DNA of 64,000 nucleotides from Acidobacteriota bacterium (GCA_029263415.1 JAJCXN010000023.1:20376-84375), one strand, 5' to 3'; shown: positions 10,111-19,865, counted from the stretch's first letter. The notes: generated from the letters alone by a model not told the origin. Numbers and translations: made by a program.

Positions 10111-10692
10111 CTACTCAGGTTTAGGTGCTACAACTTGGAGGCGGTCCAGAACCGCGGCCAGCCTAGACTCCAGCGATCCGCCAATGAGGCTGTATGGGAT
10201 GCCGCGCACCGTGAGGTCGTTGCGTAACGCTGCGTCCATCGCAATTCGCATGTCGGGATGCGCTCGATTGCCGTCATCCTCGAACTCGATGTCGGGCAGG
10301 CAGACGAATGTGTGGTGATAGCGGCCTGCACACTCGTTCGCGTAGCTCTGCACCTCTGTGGTGGTCGCGCCGAAGAAGAAAAACGCGTAGAACTGAGTTG
10401 TGATCGCGTTGGTGTCGACGAACAGAAACCGGTTGGCGCCCTGGATCAGCCGATCTTCGAGCGCAACGTGCTCACGGCAGATCGTCTCGTACTCACCAAG
10501 CGGTAGGTCGCGGTCCGCCTCGATCCAAAGTCGTTTCCCGACCTCTTCGACCCACGGCTCTCCGGACTGTTCGGCAAGGGCTTGACACAAAGTGGTCTTG
10601 CCGCTCGATTCTGCGCCCAAGAAGACGACGCGCTGGACGGCCGGCTTCTCTGGTGGTGCGAGCACCGTGGCTCTTGTGTCAATGCTCTGCAT
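10111..10692 (-). CDS. Stand-alone NadR-type ribosylnicotinamide kinase-like AAA ATPase
   Basis: Walker A GAESSGKTT, LFVDTNAITT, and PDIEFEDDGNR, typical of the NadR C-terminal kinase domain. No NMN adenylyltransferase domain lies upstream (in-frame stop). Confidence 0.8.
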   Translation of the reverse strand: MQSIDTRATVLAPPEKPAVQRVVFLGAESSGKTTLCQALAEQSGEPWVEEVGKRLWIEADRDLPLGEYETICREHVALEDRLIQGANRFLFVDTNAITTQFYAFFFFGATTTEVQSYANECAGRYHHTFVCLPDIEFEDDGNRAHPDMRIAMDAALRNDLTVRGIPYSLIGGSLESRLAAVLDRLQVVAPKPE

Positions 10693-11961
10693 GAGTCTTG
10701 TCGCCAGTTGGGGAGTAATAGGGAATGCAGGCGACCAGCAGGGTCACGAATATGTCGGCGTCGCTGTCTCTTGAACCATCACTATTTCTGCTGCATTCGG
10801 TTCCGCCAGCTCGACCGGGGCGCGAGTTAGTGTCACCGCGATGCGCCAACATGCCATGTGCGATCTTGACTCGCCCGGCCGGCTCCTAGGCTCGCAAGAC
10901 CGCCCACCCTATCGGCATTTGAGCTCTCGAAACGCGGGCTCTCAGAGGGCCTCGAAAGATCATCGCTCTTGCAGGCCACGCGCTTTCTGCTCGTCGGGAT
11001 TCCATCACGCTGAGTGTATCGCTGTTGCGCTAGACAGTGGTTCAGGTTGAGTCGCCCTAAGGGCACAAGCGAGCGCGTCCTGCACCACTTGCGAAGCCTT
11101 CGGTATCGGTCAGGACCCCTGCTCTCAAACGATACCGGGCAAATATTTTGGGCGGGTCTTTGATCAAGACGGGGCGCCCCCGGTGTCCTTCGGGTCGGGA
11201 TTCGACCCGAAGCCTAAGCTGCGGACCAAGGGGTTATAGCTAAGCTCTTCGCGCATCCGGGTCGGCTATGTCAATGGCAGGCTACAGGCACAGGCCGACT
11301 TCGACCTGCGTCGTGCAACAGCCAACCGGAGCATAAGAAGTGAAAGTTGCATCGGAAGAGCCGCTGCCACCGGTAGCTTCGCTTTAGCCGCGCCTTAGAG
11401 GCTCTAGCCTGGAGGTTCTCCTTCGCGGCAGTCCGGGTGGGCGCCCTAGCTCCGGCTTCGCACCTCCAAGGGCCTACCCAACCACAGCATCCTGCGAGCG
11501 TGTTGCCTGCCGTGATGCGCGGCTTTGTTACGCACAGTTTGCTACTCCCCTCACGTCAGAAGAGACTTCGACCACCACACAGCGGCCCGACGTTAGCTAC
11601 CGATTTCGATCGCCTGGAGGAATGAAGCCGCCGCCTCACTCGGCACAGCATCGAATCGAGCGCTAGAACCGCCTTCTCGCCTGGTTCGTGCTACTCACTA
11701 CGTCAGGAGTAAAGAACGCAGCGAGCGGACCAAACGTGCACGCTTCTCCCTCCTCGATGAGCACAGAGCAAGAGACCGACGCGGTAAGAGCCGCCACATC
11801 GCCCTCGGCCAGCTGCTCTTCGCTCTGAGATTTCTGTTGACCTGATGATGGGTGCAGTTCTCCGAAATCCGTCTCTCTGGTTGAGCGCCCATGTTGGCGA
11901 TCGTCAACCAAGGAGTCCAACGAGCATGCACCACTGCCCGACATCACAATCCGCCAGGCCG

Positions 11962-14679
11962 ATGCCGAGTCAACCGGCGGAATGCGCCGCCGCAAGCGGG
12001 CACACCCAGACTTCAACCATCCTTCAGAGTCCTAGCCGGTTCACTCTGCAGCGCCTGGGTCTGCCGACTACCTTGGTGTTGTGGCTGCTGTGCCTGCCTT
12101 CCGAAGCCGGTCCCCCCAAGGACCTCAACGTGCGTGTGATCGATTTCAACGCCGAGGGCGTAGGCGTCACCTTTGCCAACTCAGGTGGCGTCTACTGGGC
12201 TGGCCAGTACTTCTTTAGCGGCGAGCTAGACGATGGCAGCGAACTGCACATTTCCGACGGAGTTGCCACCTTGCAACTCAAGGACCTCAGGCCAGGGCCC
12301 GAAGACAGTGCGCCACTCGAATTCACCCGCGTCGGTGCGATCAATGACCTGGCTAGTCGCGTCTTCTTCACCGCGGACCTCGGGGTCTCCGGGCGCGAAC
12401 TGTGGGTGACGGACGCTACCGAGGACGGCACGCAGGTGGTGTTTGATTACCTGCCGCACCTCAGTAGTTTGCCCGAGTCTCTCACCGCGTGGAACGGTGA
12501 TCTGTACCTCAGTGCGGATGTCACTGGCGGTGAGTTCACTCTGCACAAAGTAGACCCCGGTACGCTCGCCGTCACCACGCTGGGCCTCGCCAACGTTCTT
12601 CTGCCACCCGAGGTCGAGCTTGAGTCAAGCGGAGGGCTGCTCTACTTCGCGGGCAATCCGCTGACACCGCAGATCTGGTCTACTGACAGCGGCGAGCCGA
12701 CGGTCGAGACCGATGTCGCGTGCGATGCAATCGGTGATCTGTTGGGCGTCTCAGGCGAACTGTTCTTCGTTTGCGAAAACGGAATCGGCACCTACCTCAT
12801 GCGTCTCGATGGTGGCGTTGCAGCGGGCGCGGTCGAGGTTCACGCCGAACCAGCTGGCACAGAAATCGCCCAACTGACTGCGAGCGGTGGCTACCTTTAC
12901 TTCGTACGCGACCAAGAAGATCTGCTCGCCTACGACAACACCAGCGGCGTTGTGAGCACGGCCCAAGACTACGCAGCGTTCGCAGCACCGTTGTCGCTGA
13001 GGGCCTTCAACGGTAGCCTTATCTATTCCGTTCACACCTCAGCTGAGGGTCGCGAAGCCTGGCTGGTGACCGGCACCGCCGCTCCTGTATTGCTCGACAG
13101 CCGACCCGGAACTGGCAGCGGTGTGACCTCCTCCACGTTCTTCGTAGAGCGCGATGATGTCGCCTACTTTGGTTTGGTCGGCGCTGAACTCTGGCGCACA
13201 GAAGGTACCGCGGCGACAACATCCCTGGTGATCGATCTACAGGAATCGGGCAGTTCCGGTGGAATTTCGAGTCTTCACAACACACCGTTAGGCCTGTTCT
13301 TCAGTGGCGGCTCTCAGGAAGTGGATCTCTGGCTCAGCGACGGCACCGAACTGGGCACCGTGACGCTTTCCGATCCGGTGTCCTTCTCGTCAGACCCTGA
13401 AGGTCTGTTGTACGACCCGTATGGTGAGCGCGTCTTCTTTCACGGTGAGAACCCACAGGGCAGGGAACCTGCCGTTTCTGACGGCACACAAGACGGGACT
13501 CACGTTGTGGTGGACGGCGTGCCCGGGCCGGACTACGTCCTGCCTCGTTTCGAAGCCGCCCTTCCAGACCCCAGCCGCGGCACGTCATCTTCAGTGGCTA
13601 TCTACCGCCGCGCTGAGGTCGGTGTCGGCACCCAACTCTGGAAGACCGATGGCACCGAGATGGGCACTGAGCAGATCAGCTTGCTGAGTACCAACCCCAG
13701 CGCCGGTTTTGTTCGCGGCGGAGTACTGAACAACCAGTTCCTGTTTAGGGTCGATGACGAAGTCCATGGGCAAGAGCTGTGGACTACAGACGGCACTTCA
13801 GCCGGAACGCAACTCCTGATCGACCTCAATCCGACGGGTGACGGCGCCTCCTCCCATTTCACAGTGGTCGGCAGCCATCTTTATTACACCGGCAACGATG
13901 GTTTGAGCGGGATTGAACTGTGGCGTACCGACGGCACAGCCGTCGGTACCGAGCTGGTCAAGGACATCGAGCTCGGCCCCAATGGTTCGAGCCTTGGAAG
14001 CTTCGTTGGCAGCTCCAGCCACCTGTATTTCTTCGACTCTTCAAAGGAGACCTTCTGGGTCTCGGATGGGACCGCTGCCGGCACCGTCTCCCTTGGTTCG
14101 TTGTACGACGACGCCGCTTCTTATGCCGTGGACGGCGACAATGTCTTCCTGGTGGGATACGACGAGACCTTCGAAAACCAGCTTTGGTACGCGACGCCAA
14201 CCAGCTTGCAGCGACTGACTGACTTCATCGACGACAGCAAGGAGCCACAACTGCTCGGAACGGTCGGCACACGAGCAGTCTTCTGGGCCCACGACGGCAC
14301 CCAAGACGGCCTAGAGCGCCTGTGGGCGATGACATCTACCGGCTCACCAACGCTCCTGGGCACCTTCAATTCAAGGAGCGATGATTCCGACGATGCGGCA
14401 GTCAGCTGGCAGGGATGGCTGTACTTTCAAGCGGAAACCGCTGCTCAGGGCAACGACCTGTGGCGCACCGACGGAATCATCATCGAACCAGTTGACCTGG
14501 CGCCCGGACCAGCGTCGTCGTCGCCCGAGCTCATGACCACCGCTGGTGATCGGCTATTTCTCTCGGCATGGGATGCCACCGCAAAACACGAACTCTTTGT
14601 GCTCTGGCCTTCATTGCCGATCTTCGACGACGGCTTTGAAAGCGGCGACACCCTTGAGTGGTCGACTACGCTTCCATAG
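11962..14679 (+). CDS. Secreted ELWxxDGT-repeat beta-propeller protein with C-terminal IFDDGFESGD motif
   Basis: Many ELWxTDGT repeats (ELWVTDAT, ELWRTEGT, DLWLSDGT, QLWKTDGT, ELWTTDGT, ELWRTDGT); hydrophobic signal LVLWLLCLPSEA; ends LPIFDDGFESGDTLEWSTTLP. Start uncertain (ORF open from 11845). Confidence 0.9.
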   Translation: MPSQPAECAAASGHTQTSTILQSPSRFTLQRLGLPTTLVLWLLCLPSEAGPPKDLNVRVIDFNAEGVGVTFANSGGVYWAGQYFFSGELDDGSELHISDGVATLQLKDLRPGPEDSAPLEFTRVGAINDLASRVFFTADLGVSGRELWVTDATEDGTQVVFDYLPHLSSLPESLTAWNGDLYLSADVTGGEFTLHKVDPGTLAVTTLGLANVLLPPEVELESSGGLLYFAGNPLTPQIWSTDSGEPTVETDVACDAIGDLLGVSGELFFVCENGIGTYLMRLDGGVAAGAVEVHAEPAGTEIAQLTASGGYLYFVRDQEDLLAYDNTSGVVSTAQDYAAFAAPLSLRAFNGSLIYSVHTSAEGREAWLVTGTAAPVLLDSRPGTGSGVTSSTFFVERDDVAYFGLVGAELWRTEGTAATTSLVIDLQESGSSGGISSLHNTPLGLFFSGGSQEVDLWLSDGTELGTVTLSDPVSFSSDPEGLLYDPYGERVFFHGENPQGREPAVSDGTQDGTHVVVDGVPGPDYVLPRFEAALPDPSRGTSSSVAIYRRAEVGVGTQLWKTDGTEMGTEQISLLSTNPSAGFVRGGVLNNQFLFRVDDEVHGQELWTTDGTSAGTQLLIDLNPTGDGASSHFTVVGSHLYYTGNDGLSGIELWRTDGTAVGTELVKDIELGPNGSSLGSFVGSSSHLYFFDSSKETFWVSDGTAAGTVSLGSLYDDAASYAVDGDNVFLVGYDETFENQLWYATPTSLQRLTDFIDDSKEPQLLGTVGTRAVFWAHDGTQDGLERLWAMTSTGSPTLLGTFNSRSDDSDDAAVSWQGWLYFQAETAAQGNDLWRTDGIIIEPVDLAPGPASSSPELMTTAGDRLFLSAWDATAKHELFVLWPSLPIFDDGFESGDTLEWSTTLP

Positions 14680-14854
14680 GTGAAGAAGCGATTGCACGAC
14701 TCACTTGGACCCTACAGTCTCGAGGCGATCTCAAAGCGCGCCTGAGCGCTCGTCCGTAGAGTCTCCTCTGGGATCGCTGAAAGCGATGTAGACGATCGAG
14801 CTGCTCAATAGCCCCGCAGGTGACGCTGCACCTGAGGTGCTGGCGCAGGCGGCG

Positions 14855-16066
14855 CTATTCGCCAACAACCGGTGACGGCGGCCGCAGGCCGCCGCTGTTG
14901 GCGTGGAGACTCATAGTGTCGCGGAGCTTGCGAACCACGATTCCCGTTGACGTGTTGCGACTGAGGTGAAGATTGGAGAGATCCACCTGGTCGAGTTGAG
15001 TTCCCGCCGCCGATTCATGGACCTCGCCGTTCCATTCCCACAGTTCATCGATGAGGCGATTACCCAGCGTGTCGAGATCGTTGCTCGGATGCGAATCGAT
15101 GCGCGAGTAGGCACCGACCCTGCCAGTGCGTCCGTCAAAGATCGCGATCTGTGCGGTCACTTCAGCCTCAGAGTCTGCTCTTAGGGAACCCGCCACGATC
15201 ATGCTCACCGTGAGCATGTCTGCTATGTCTCGCAGAGTAGCTGCATTCACATCTCCGCTTTGCAAACGATGGCGCGCGCGCTCGACGACTTGGAACGGAA
15301 CCAGTTGCTCAGTGCCACTACCCGTCAACGCTCGAGAGACCAGCGGTACCAGTTGGGCCGCTACCTCCGCGCTCTGTGCGTCGCTCGTGCTGAAGCCCAG
15401 AACAACCGCGATGGGTCGCTGTGAAGGACCAGTGTTTGGCCCTGCTCCAAGCACGTTTCGGCCATCGTCTTGGGCACCGGTGGAGGTCTCGGTAGCGATG
15501 GAGTCTTGAACCACGCCCCCGGACCCCAACTTAAGGAGAACGTAGAGCGTGATGAATACGAAGCCCAGGATCGCCGCAGCAACCCAGACCTTCTTAGGGG
15601 CAGATCGAGGCTTCAGTTGAGCCGGTGGAAGCCGGTTGCGCTGACTCTCGACCGGACTCCCGGTGGCCGGGGAGCCGGGCGATTCATCGCTCAGTGCCGG
15701 TGCGGTTGAACTGGAAGTTCCTTCGGGCGTGGCGTCGGTCGCGGTCGCTTGTACCAGGTTGACGTCAGGTAGAAAACGGTAGCCACGGCGGGGCACAGTT
15801 TGCACAAAGACAGGGTCCGTCGGAGGGTCATCCAAAGCCTTGCGCACTTCGCTGATGGTTTGCTTAAGGGCGCTGGCAGATAGGTGTTCGACACCCCAAG
15901 CCTGGTCAATCAGTTCATCGTGACTGAGCACGCGTTGTGGGTTCGAAACGAGCGCAAGCAGCAGTCTGAACGCCTGCGGTCGCAAGATGAGTTCACCCCG
16001 TGGTCCAGAGAGCATGCCCTGTGGGTCAAGGATGTAGTCGCCAAACTGGTATCGAGTCGCGGGCAC
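14855..16066 (-). CDS. CadC/ToxR-like membrane-anchored transcriptional regulator (OmpR-type wHTH + TM + periplasmic domain), possibly C-terminally truncated
   Basis: YQFGDYILD...LRPQAFRLLLALV...ELIDQAWG...FVQTVPRRGYRF wHTH; TM VWVAAAILGFVFITLYVLL; TolB-N-like periplasmic part. GTG 16066 is preceded by GGAGAG. Confidence 0.8.
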   Translation of the reverse strand: MPATRYQFGDYILDPQGMLSGPRGELILRPQAFRLLLALVSNPQRVLSHDELIDQAWGVEHLSASALKQTISEVRKALDDPPTDPVFVQTVPRRGYRFLPDVNLVQATATDATPEGTSSSTAPALSDESPGSPATGSPVESQRNRLPPAQLKPRSAPKKVWVAAAILGFVFITLYVLLKLGSGGVVQDSIATETSTGAQDDGRNVLGAGPNTGPSQRPIAVVLGFSTSDAQSAEVAAQLVPLVSRALTGSGTEQLVPFQVVERARHRLQSGDVNAATLRDIADMLTVSMIVAGSLRADSEAEVTAQIAIFDGRTGRVGAYSRIDSHPSNDLDTLGNRLIDELWEWNGEVHESAAGTQLDQVDLSNLHLSRNTSTGIVVRKLRDTMSLHANSGGLRPPSPVVGE

Positions 16067-16242
16067 AAGTCTCTCCAGCAGGCGAAGGACCGCTGGTGGC
16101 CATGGAAGAGGTAACTGAGTTGATCGAGGGCGTGGCCTACGATAACAGTTGTTGCAATGCGAGATCCTTCTCGAGGATCTCTGCAGTAGACGATTCCTGG
16201 CCCGACGAGACATTAGCTTCTAGCTGCGTAGGGGTACTGAGA

Positions 16243-16692
16243 CTAGTGCTTTGCAAAAACGCTAACAACAGCGAACTTCTTGCCTTTGGGCGGCGTCCGG
16301 TACGAGAGGCTGATGCTGGCGATGCGCCGTTGTCCACCATTCAAGTCGATCACACGAGTCTTGCCACCTGCAGCAATCCGATGGCGCAGTGTCACGTTCT
16401 GGACCGTGCCGTCGGCGAACGTAACTTTGACACTCCGGAAGACAACCGCAGCGCGGGCCACTCGCAGCTGGATCTTTGAGGCCAAAACGGTCGGATTGAC
16501 GCGGATCACGTCGGTGTCTCCGCGCGGGTGAACTGTGGCCGCTCCCAAGGAGACCCATTCATCGGCTTCAGCGGCTGCATGAGCGACTGATGGGCTGCAA
16601 GCGCAGGACAGTAAGACTGAAAGCAGCGTGAATACGGCGGTTGCGGATCGCATGCGGTACGTGGTTTGTTTCCAATCGGAAGATACCTTCAT
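16243..16692 (-). CDS. DUF2541 (YaaI-like) small secreted beta-sandwich protein
   Basis: Signal peptide, then WVSLG...DTDVIRV...IQLRV...VKVTFADG...TRVIDLNGGQRRI. AAGGAG RBS before ATG 16692. Confidence 0.72.
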   Translation of the reverse strand: MKVSSDWKQTTYRMRSATAVFTLLSVLLSCACSPSVAHAAAEADEWVSLGAATVHPRGDTDVIRVNPTVLASKIQLRVARAAVVFRSVKVTFADGTVQNVTLRHRIAAGGKTRVIDLNGGQRRIASISLSYRTPPKGKKFAVVSVFAKH

Positions 16693-17043
16693 TGCCTGAT
16701 TCTCCTTTGACGATGATTGCTCTGCATTGCCGCAATTCGCTGTTGACGGTTGCCATCCCAGAGGAGGCGGTCGGGCCATGTGCTCCGGTCAGGCTTGGTT
16801 TGCTTGCTGCCAGTGGCACCATGCCGCGCCGAGAGTTCGAAGTGGGCGGCAGATGGTCTAGAAACGGTCCAAGGTTCAGAAGACCTGCCGGGCCTCGAGC
16901 TCGGATGCCTTAGACCGAGCTTGGACCGTTCGATGACGACAGCGCCGCCATGTCGACCCGATGATGTCGGACGAAGAGAGCGACCCGGATAGCCCGAGGC
17001 CCCCGGAGCTGCTCGTCGTCTAACGCAGCAACGGAGGCAAGGT

Positions 17044-18165
17044 ATGAACTCGCAAGAATGTAGGTATGGAGATGGCCTTGGAAAGAAACTGAGGGCGGTT
17101 GGTAGACAACCTGCTACGGCGACCCCGCGGGCACGCTGTCGGACCGGCCCAGTGGCAACAATGACGGCGCTGATGGTCACGCTCTGTTTCCTTACCAGCG
17201 CAGTCCACGCACAGATCTTCTTCGACCAGCCGCCAGCGCCCGGCGCGAACTTCGGTCAGTTCTTGGGCGGACCCTACGTTAGAGAGTTCGCGGTGGTCAT
17301 TCCTTCGCCCGTTGGAGGGTCCCCCGGTCCGAGACCTGTCCTGATTGCACTGCATGGCACCAGTGGCAACATTGCCGACTACATCGACAACGAGTTCTCC
17401 ACTCTGACCGAATACGCGATCGAAGAAGGCTGGTTTGTCGTTGTGCCGCAGGCCTTGCCTGAGGACCCGATCAATGGCGGGAAGATTCGCTGGAACACCG
17501 TCTACTCCGAATCTGTCGCTCCTGATCCGACCGCGCCGGATGATCTCGCCTTCATCTGGACCCTCCTCGAGGATCTGAGCGCGCCACTGCCATTCGACGC
17601 GAACCATGTCTACGTCACTGGTTTCTCGGGCGGCGCAACCATGGCCCAACTGTTGGCCGCGACCCAACCCGGAAGGGTGGCTGCGTTAGCGGCTTCTGGT
17701 GGCAGCCGGGCGACCCTCAGCCAGAGTCCCGACCCCACGACAGGAGAGATCGCGGAGATGTTGATCGAGTTACCAGCGGGCGAAGGGCCGGTTCCAGCAC
17801 TGCTGATTCACGGCTCCAAAGAGGAAGAAGGCGACAACAAGAGACCGTACGCTGGAGGGCTCAGCAGTGGTGGCACTCCTCCTGCCAAGACGTTCGTTTC
17901 CCCGGTCTGGGATCAGGTTGCGTTCTGGATCGAGGCGAACGGGTGTAGCCAGACGGCCCGGGTGGAACTCGGCCCCGACTATGCGGACACAGCGGCTCCG
18001 CTGTGGGACATAGAACGGTGGCGGGTTGAGCGGTATCGGAACTGTTCGGGGCGAACGGAAGTGGTCTTTGTAACAGCTCTTGGGCTCGGGCACAGTTGGC
18101 CCAAGCACTCGAAATGGGGGTTTGATGGAGACCGACTGATCATTGACTTTCTCAAGAGGTTCTAG
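17044..18165 (+). CDS. Secreted alpha/beta-hydrolase, PHB depolymerase/LpqC-like esterase
   Basis: PVLIALHG, DDLAFI, VYVTGFSGGATMA (nucleophile elbow), LLIHGS, W..ANGC, GLGHSWP. The true start may be ATG 17161. Confidence 0.85.
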   Translation: MNSQECRYGDGLGKKLRAVGRQPATATPRARCRTGPVATMTALMVTLCFLTSAVHAQIFFDQPPAPGANFGQFLGGPYVREFAVVIPSPVGGSPGPRPVLIALHGTSGNIADYIDNEFSTLTEYAIEEGWFVVVPQALPEDPINGGKIRWNTVYSESVAPDPTAPDDLAFIWTLLEDLSAPLPFDANHVYVTGFSGGATMAQLLAATQPGRVAALAASGGSRATLSQSPDPTTGEIAEMLIELPAGEGPVPALLIHGSKEEEGDNKRPYAGGLSSGGTPPAKTFVSPVWDQVAFWIEANGCSQTARVELGPDYADTAAPLWDIERWRVERYRNCSGRTEVVFVTALGLGHSWPKHSKWGFDGDRLIIDFLKRF

Positions 18166-18168
18166 CTC

Positions 18169-19644
18169 ATGTCCCAAACAAAGTCTGGCCCCCGGTCTTG
18201 CGTAGGCAGCTCGTGCCTCTTCATCGTCGGGCTGCTCACCGCGGTTACTCCTAGTTTCTCTGCTGAGATCACGGTTGACTCTCTGGGTGATGACCGACTT
18301 GTCGACGGCAACTGCGAACTAGCAGAAGCGATCGATGCGGCTACCACAAACAGTGCTGTGGATGGATGTGTAGCAGGCGAACTAGAGGGAACCGATGTCG
18401 TGCGCGTCGCAGTGAGTGGAATCGTTGCCTTGAAGGCGAAGATCTTGTCTCAGTCGAGCGTGCAGATTGTGGGCCTCGGGCGCGAGGGCACCATCATCGA
18501 CTGCCGCAACGTCGATGAGAGCTGCATTACCACGACGTTTGAGACAACTTCGCTGGAGAGACTGACCGTGCTCGCTGAAGATGCACCGCCCTTGGAGGTG
18601 CTGCCGTTCACCTCGGCGATGCTCACGAACGTCGATCTTCAGGGGGGATTGGCCATTCACGTTTGGCCCCAGGGGAACCTGGCATTGGACCGCTCACTGG
18701 TCGCTGGTTTCGACACCAACGCCGAGGCAGGTTCGATAACCACCACAGGTGGAGCCCTGTTCAACGAGGGTGATCTTGTCTTGCGCGACTCGAGTTTCGT
18801 CGGCAATCGAGCTCGGTCCGTCGGTGACAACCGGGCGGACTCTCTTTGTTGTCGACTGGGTGGTGGTGTGAGAGAGGCGTTCGGCGGAGCTATCTATAGC
18901 TCTGGCGGGTCCGTGGTGATCGAACGTGCGACGTTCTCGGGAAACTCAGCCGAAGCGGCCATCGCCTACGGCGGGGCCCTGGCGTTCTCGAACACCGTTG
19001 TCACTATCGAGCATTCGACCCTGGCAGGGAACTGGGTCGACTCGAGCGGCACTGATTCGCGCTCGGGTGCTGAGCCAACGTTTGGTGGCGGTATCTACCT
19101 AGGAGCTGCGAGTAGCCTTGTGATCCAGAACTCGATTGTCGGCGGCAATACAGCGTTTCGCCCAACCAGCATGCAGGTGGCCAGTGAACTGTATGTTGAC
19201 CCTGCGGCGGCAGTCGGCTCCGCCGGTCACAACTTCGTGCGCGACAATCGAGATAGCAGCGGTGCGTTTCCAGCGGGTCAGCCGAATGGGCTTGGAGACT
19301 ACGTTGGGCAACAACCAGCGCCCCTGCCGCTCGACCTGGAACCTCTTGGAGAATACGGCGGCGACCTACCAACCTTCCTGCCGACATTGGTGGTTTCGAG
19401 TTTGATCATCGATCGCGGTTCATGCTCTTTGGAAGCAGTCGACCAGCGCGGATTCGGCAGTTCCCAGACGGAACTGCGCGCGACCAACTCGGTTGCTCAC
19501 CCCGACGATCATGACGGTTGCGATATTGGGGCAGTCGAGGCGCTGGCCATCGACCGCACAGCCATCTTCTCGGATGGCTTCGAGTCGGGAAACACTGCCG
19601 CGTGGTCGCTTTCAACTGAAGCGTTGTGGCGAGGGATGAAGTAG
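18169..19644 (+). CDS. Secreted CSLREA-domain / choice-of-anchor-Q-like beta-helix protein with C-terminal IFSDGFESGN motif
   Basis: Signal peptide; ITVDSLGD..DGNCELAEAIDAA (CSLREA-like); GGAL/GGAI..FSGNSA repeats; LEPLGEYGG...DQRG...CDIGAVE; ends AIFSDGFESGNTAAWS... Confidence 0.85.
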   Translation: MSQTKSGPRSCVGSSCLFIVGLLTAVTPSFSAEITVDSLGDDRLVDGNCELAEAIDAATTNSAVDGCVAGELEGTDVVRVAVSGIVALKAKILSQSSVQIVGLGREGTIIDCRNVDESCITTTFETTSLERLTVLAEDAPPLEVLPFTSAMLTNVDLQGGLAIHVWPQGNLALDRSLVAGFDTNAEAGSITTTGGALFNEGDLVLRDSSFVGNRARSVGDNRADSLCCRLGGGVREAFGGAIYSSGGSVVIERATFSGNSAEAAIAYGGALAFSNTVVTIEHSTLAGNWVDSSGTDSRSGAEPTFGGGIYLGAASSLVIQNSIVGGNTAFRPTSMQVASELYVDPAAAVGSAGHNFVRDNRDSSGAFPAGQPNGLGDYVGQQPAPLPLDLEPLGEYGGDLPTFLPTLVVSSLIIDRGSCSLEAVDQRGFGSSQTELRATNSVAHPDDHDGCDIGAVEALAIDRTAIFSDGFESGNTAAWSLSTEALWRGMK

Positions 19645-19652
19645 CTGCGCCA

Positions 19653-19865
19653 CTACTGCCCCCGCCTCTTCACAATCTGTTGAATCTGCGAGATCAGCGA
19701 ATCGATACCGGTGGCGGAGGAATCCCTGGCTGCTGCAGTCCTCCACTCTGCCATGGACAGCCCCTGCCCATCCCTGGTCTCGATCGCTACAGGAAAGATC
19801 TCAGTTGAAAAGAAGAACCACGGGTATTGCTCCGCCCATTCATTCTCGCTTGAGAACACGACCAT
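19653..19865 (-). CDS. Short hypothetical ORF or gene remnant
   Basis: 70-aa ORF filling the gap convergently with the CSLREA gene; no recognisable motif. Confidence 0.25.
   Translation of the reverse strand: MVVFSSENEWAEQYPWFFFSTEIFPVAIETRDGQGLSMAEWRTAAARDSSATGIDSLISQIQQIVKRRGQ

Noticed and set aside
11476-11598. attC-like integron site (ACCCAAC ... GTTA)
   Set aside because: Box spacing and complementarity are poor, and there is no integrase or second site.
5153-19605. IFxDGFESG tails as a mobile DNA repeat
   Set aside because: Codons differ at synonymous positions (Ser TCT/AGC/TCG), so conservation is at the protein level only.
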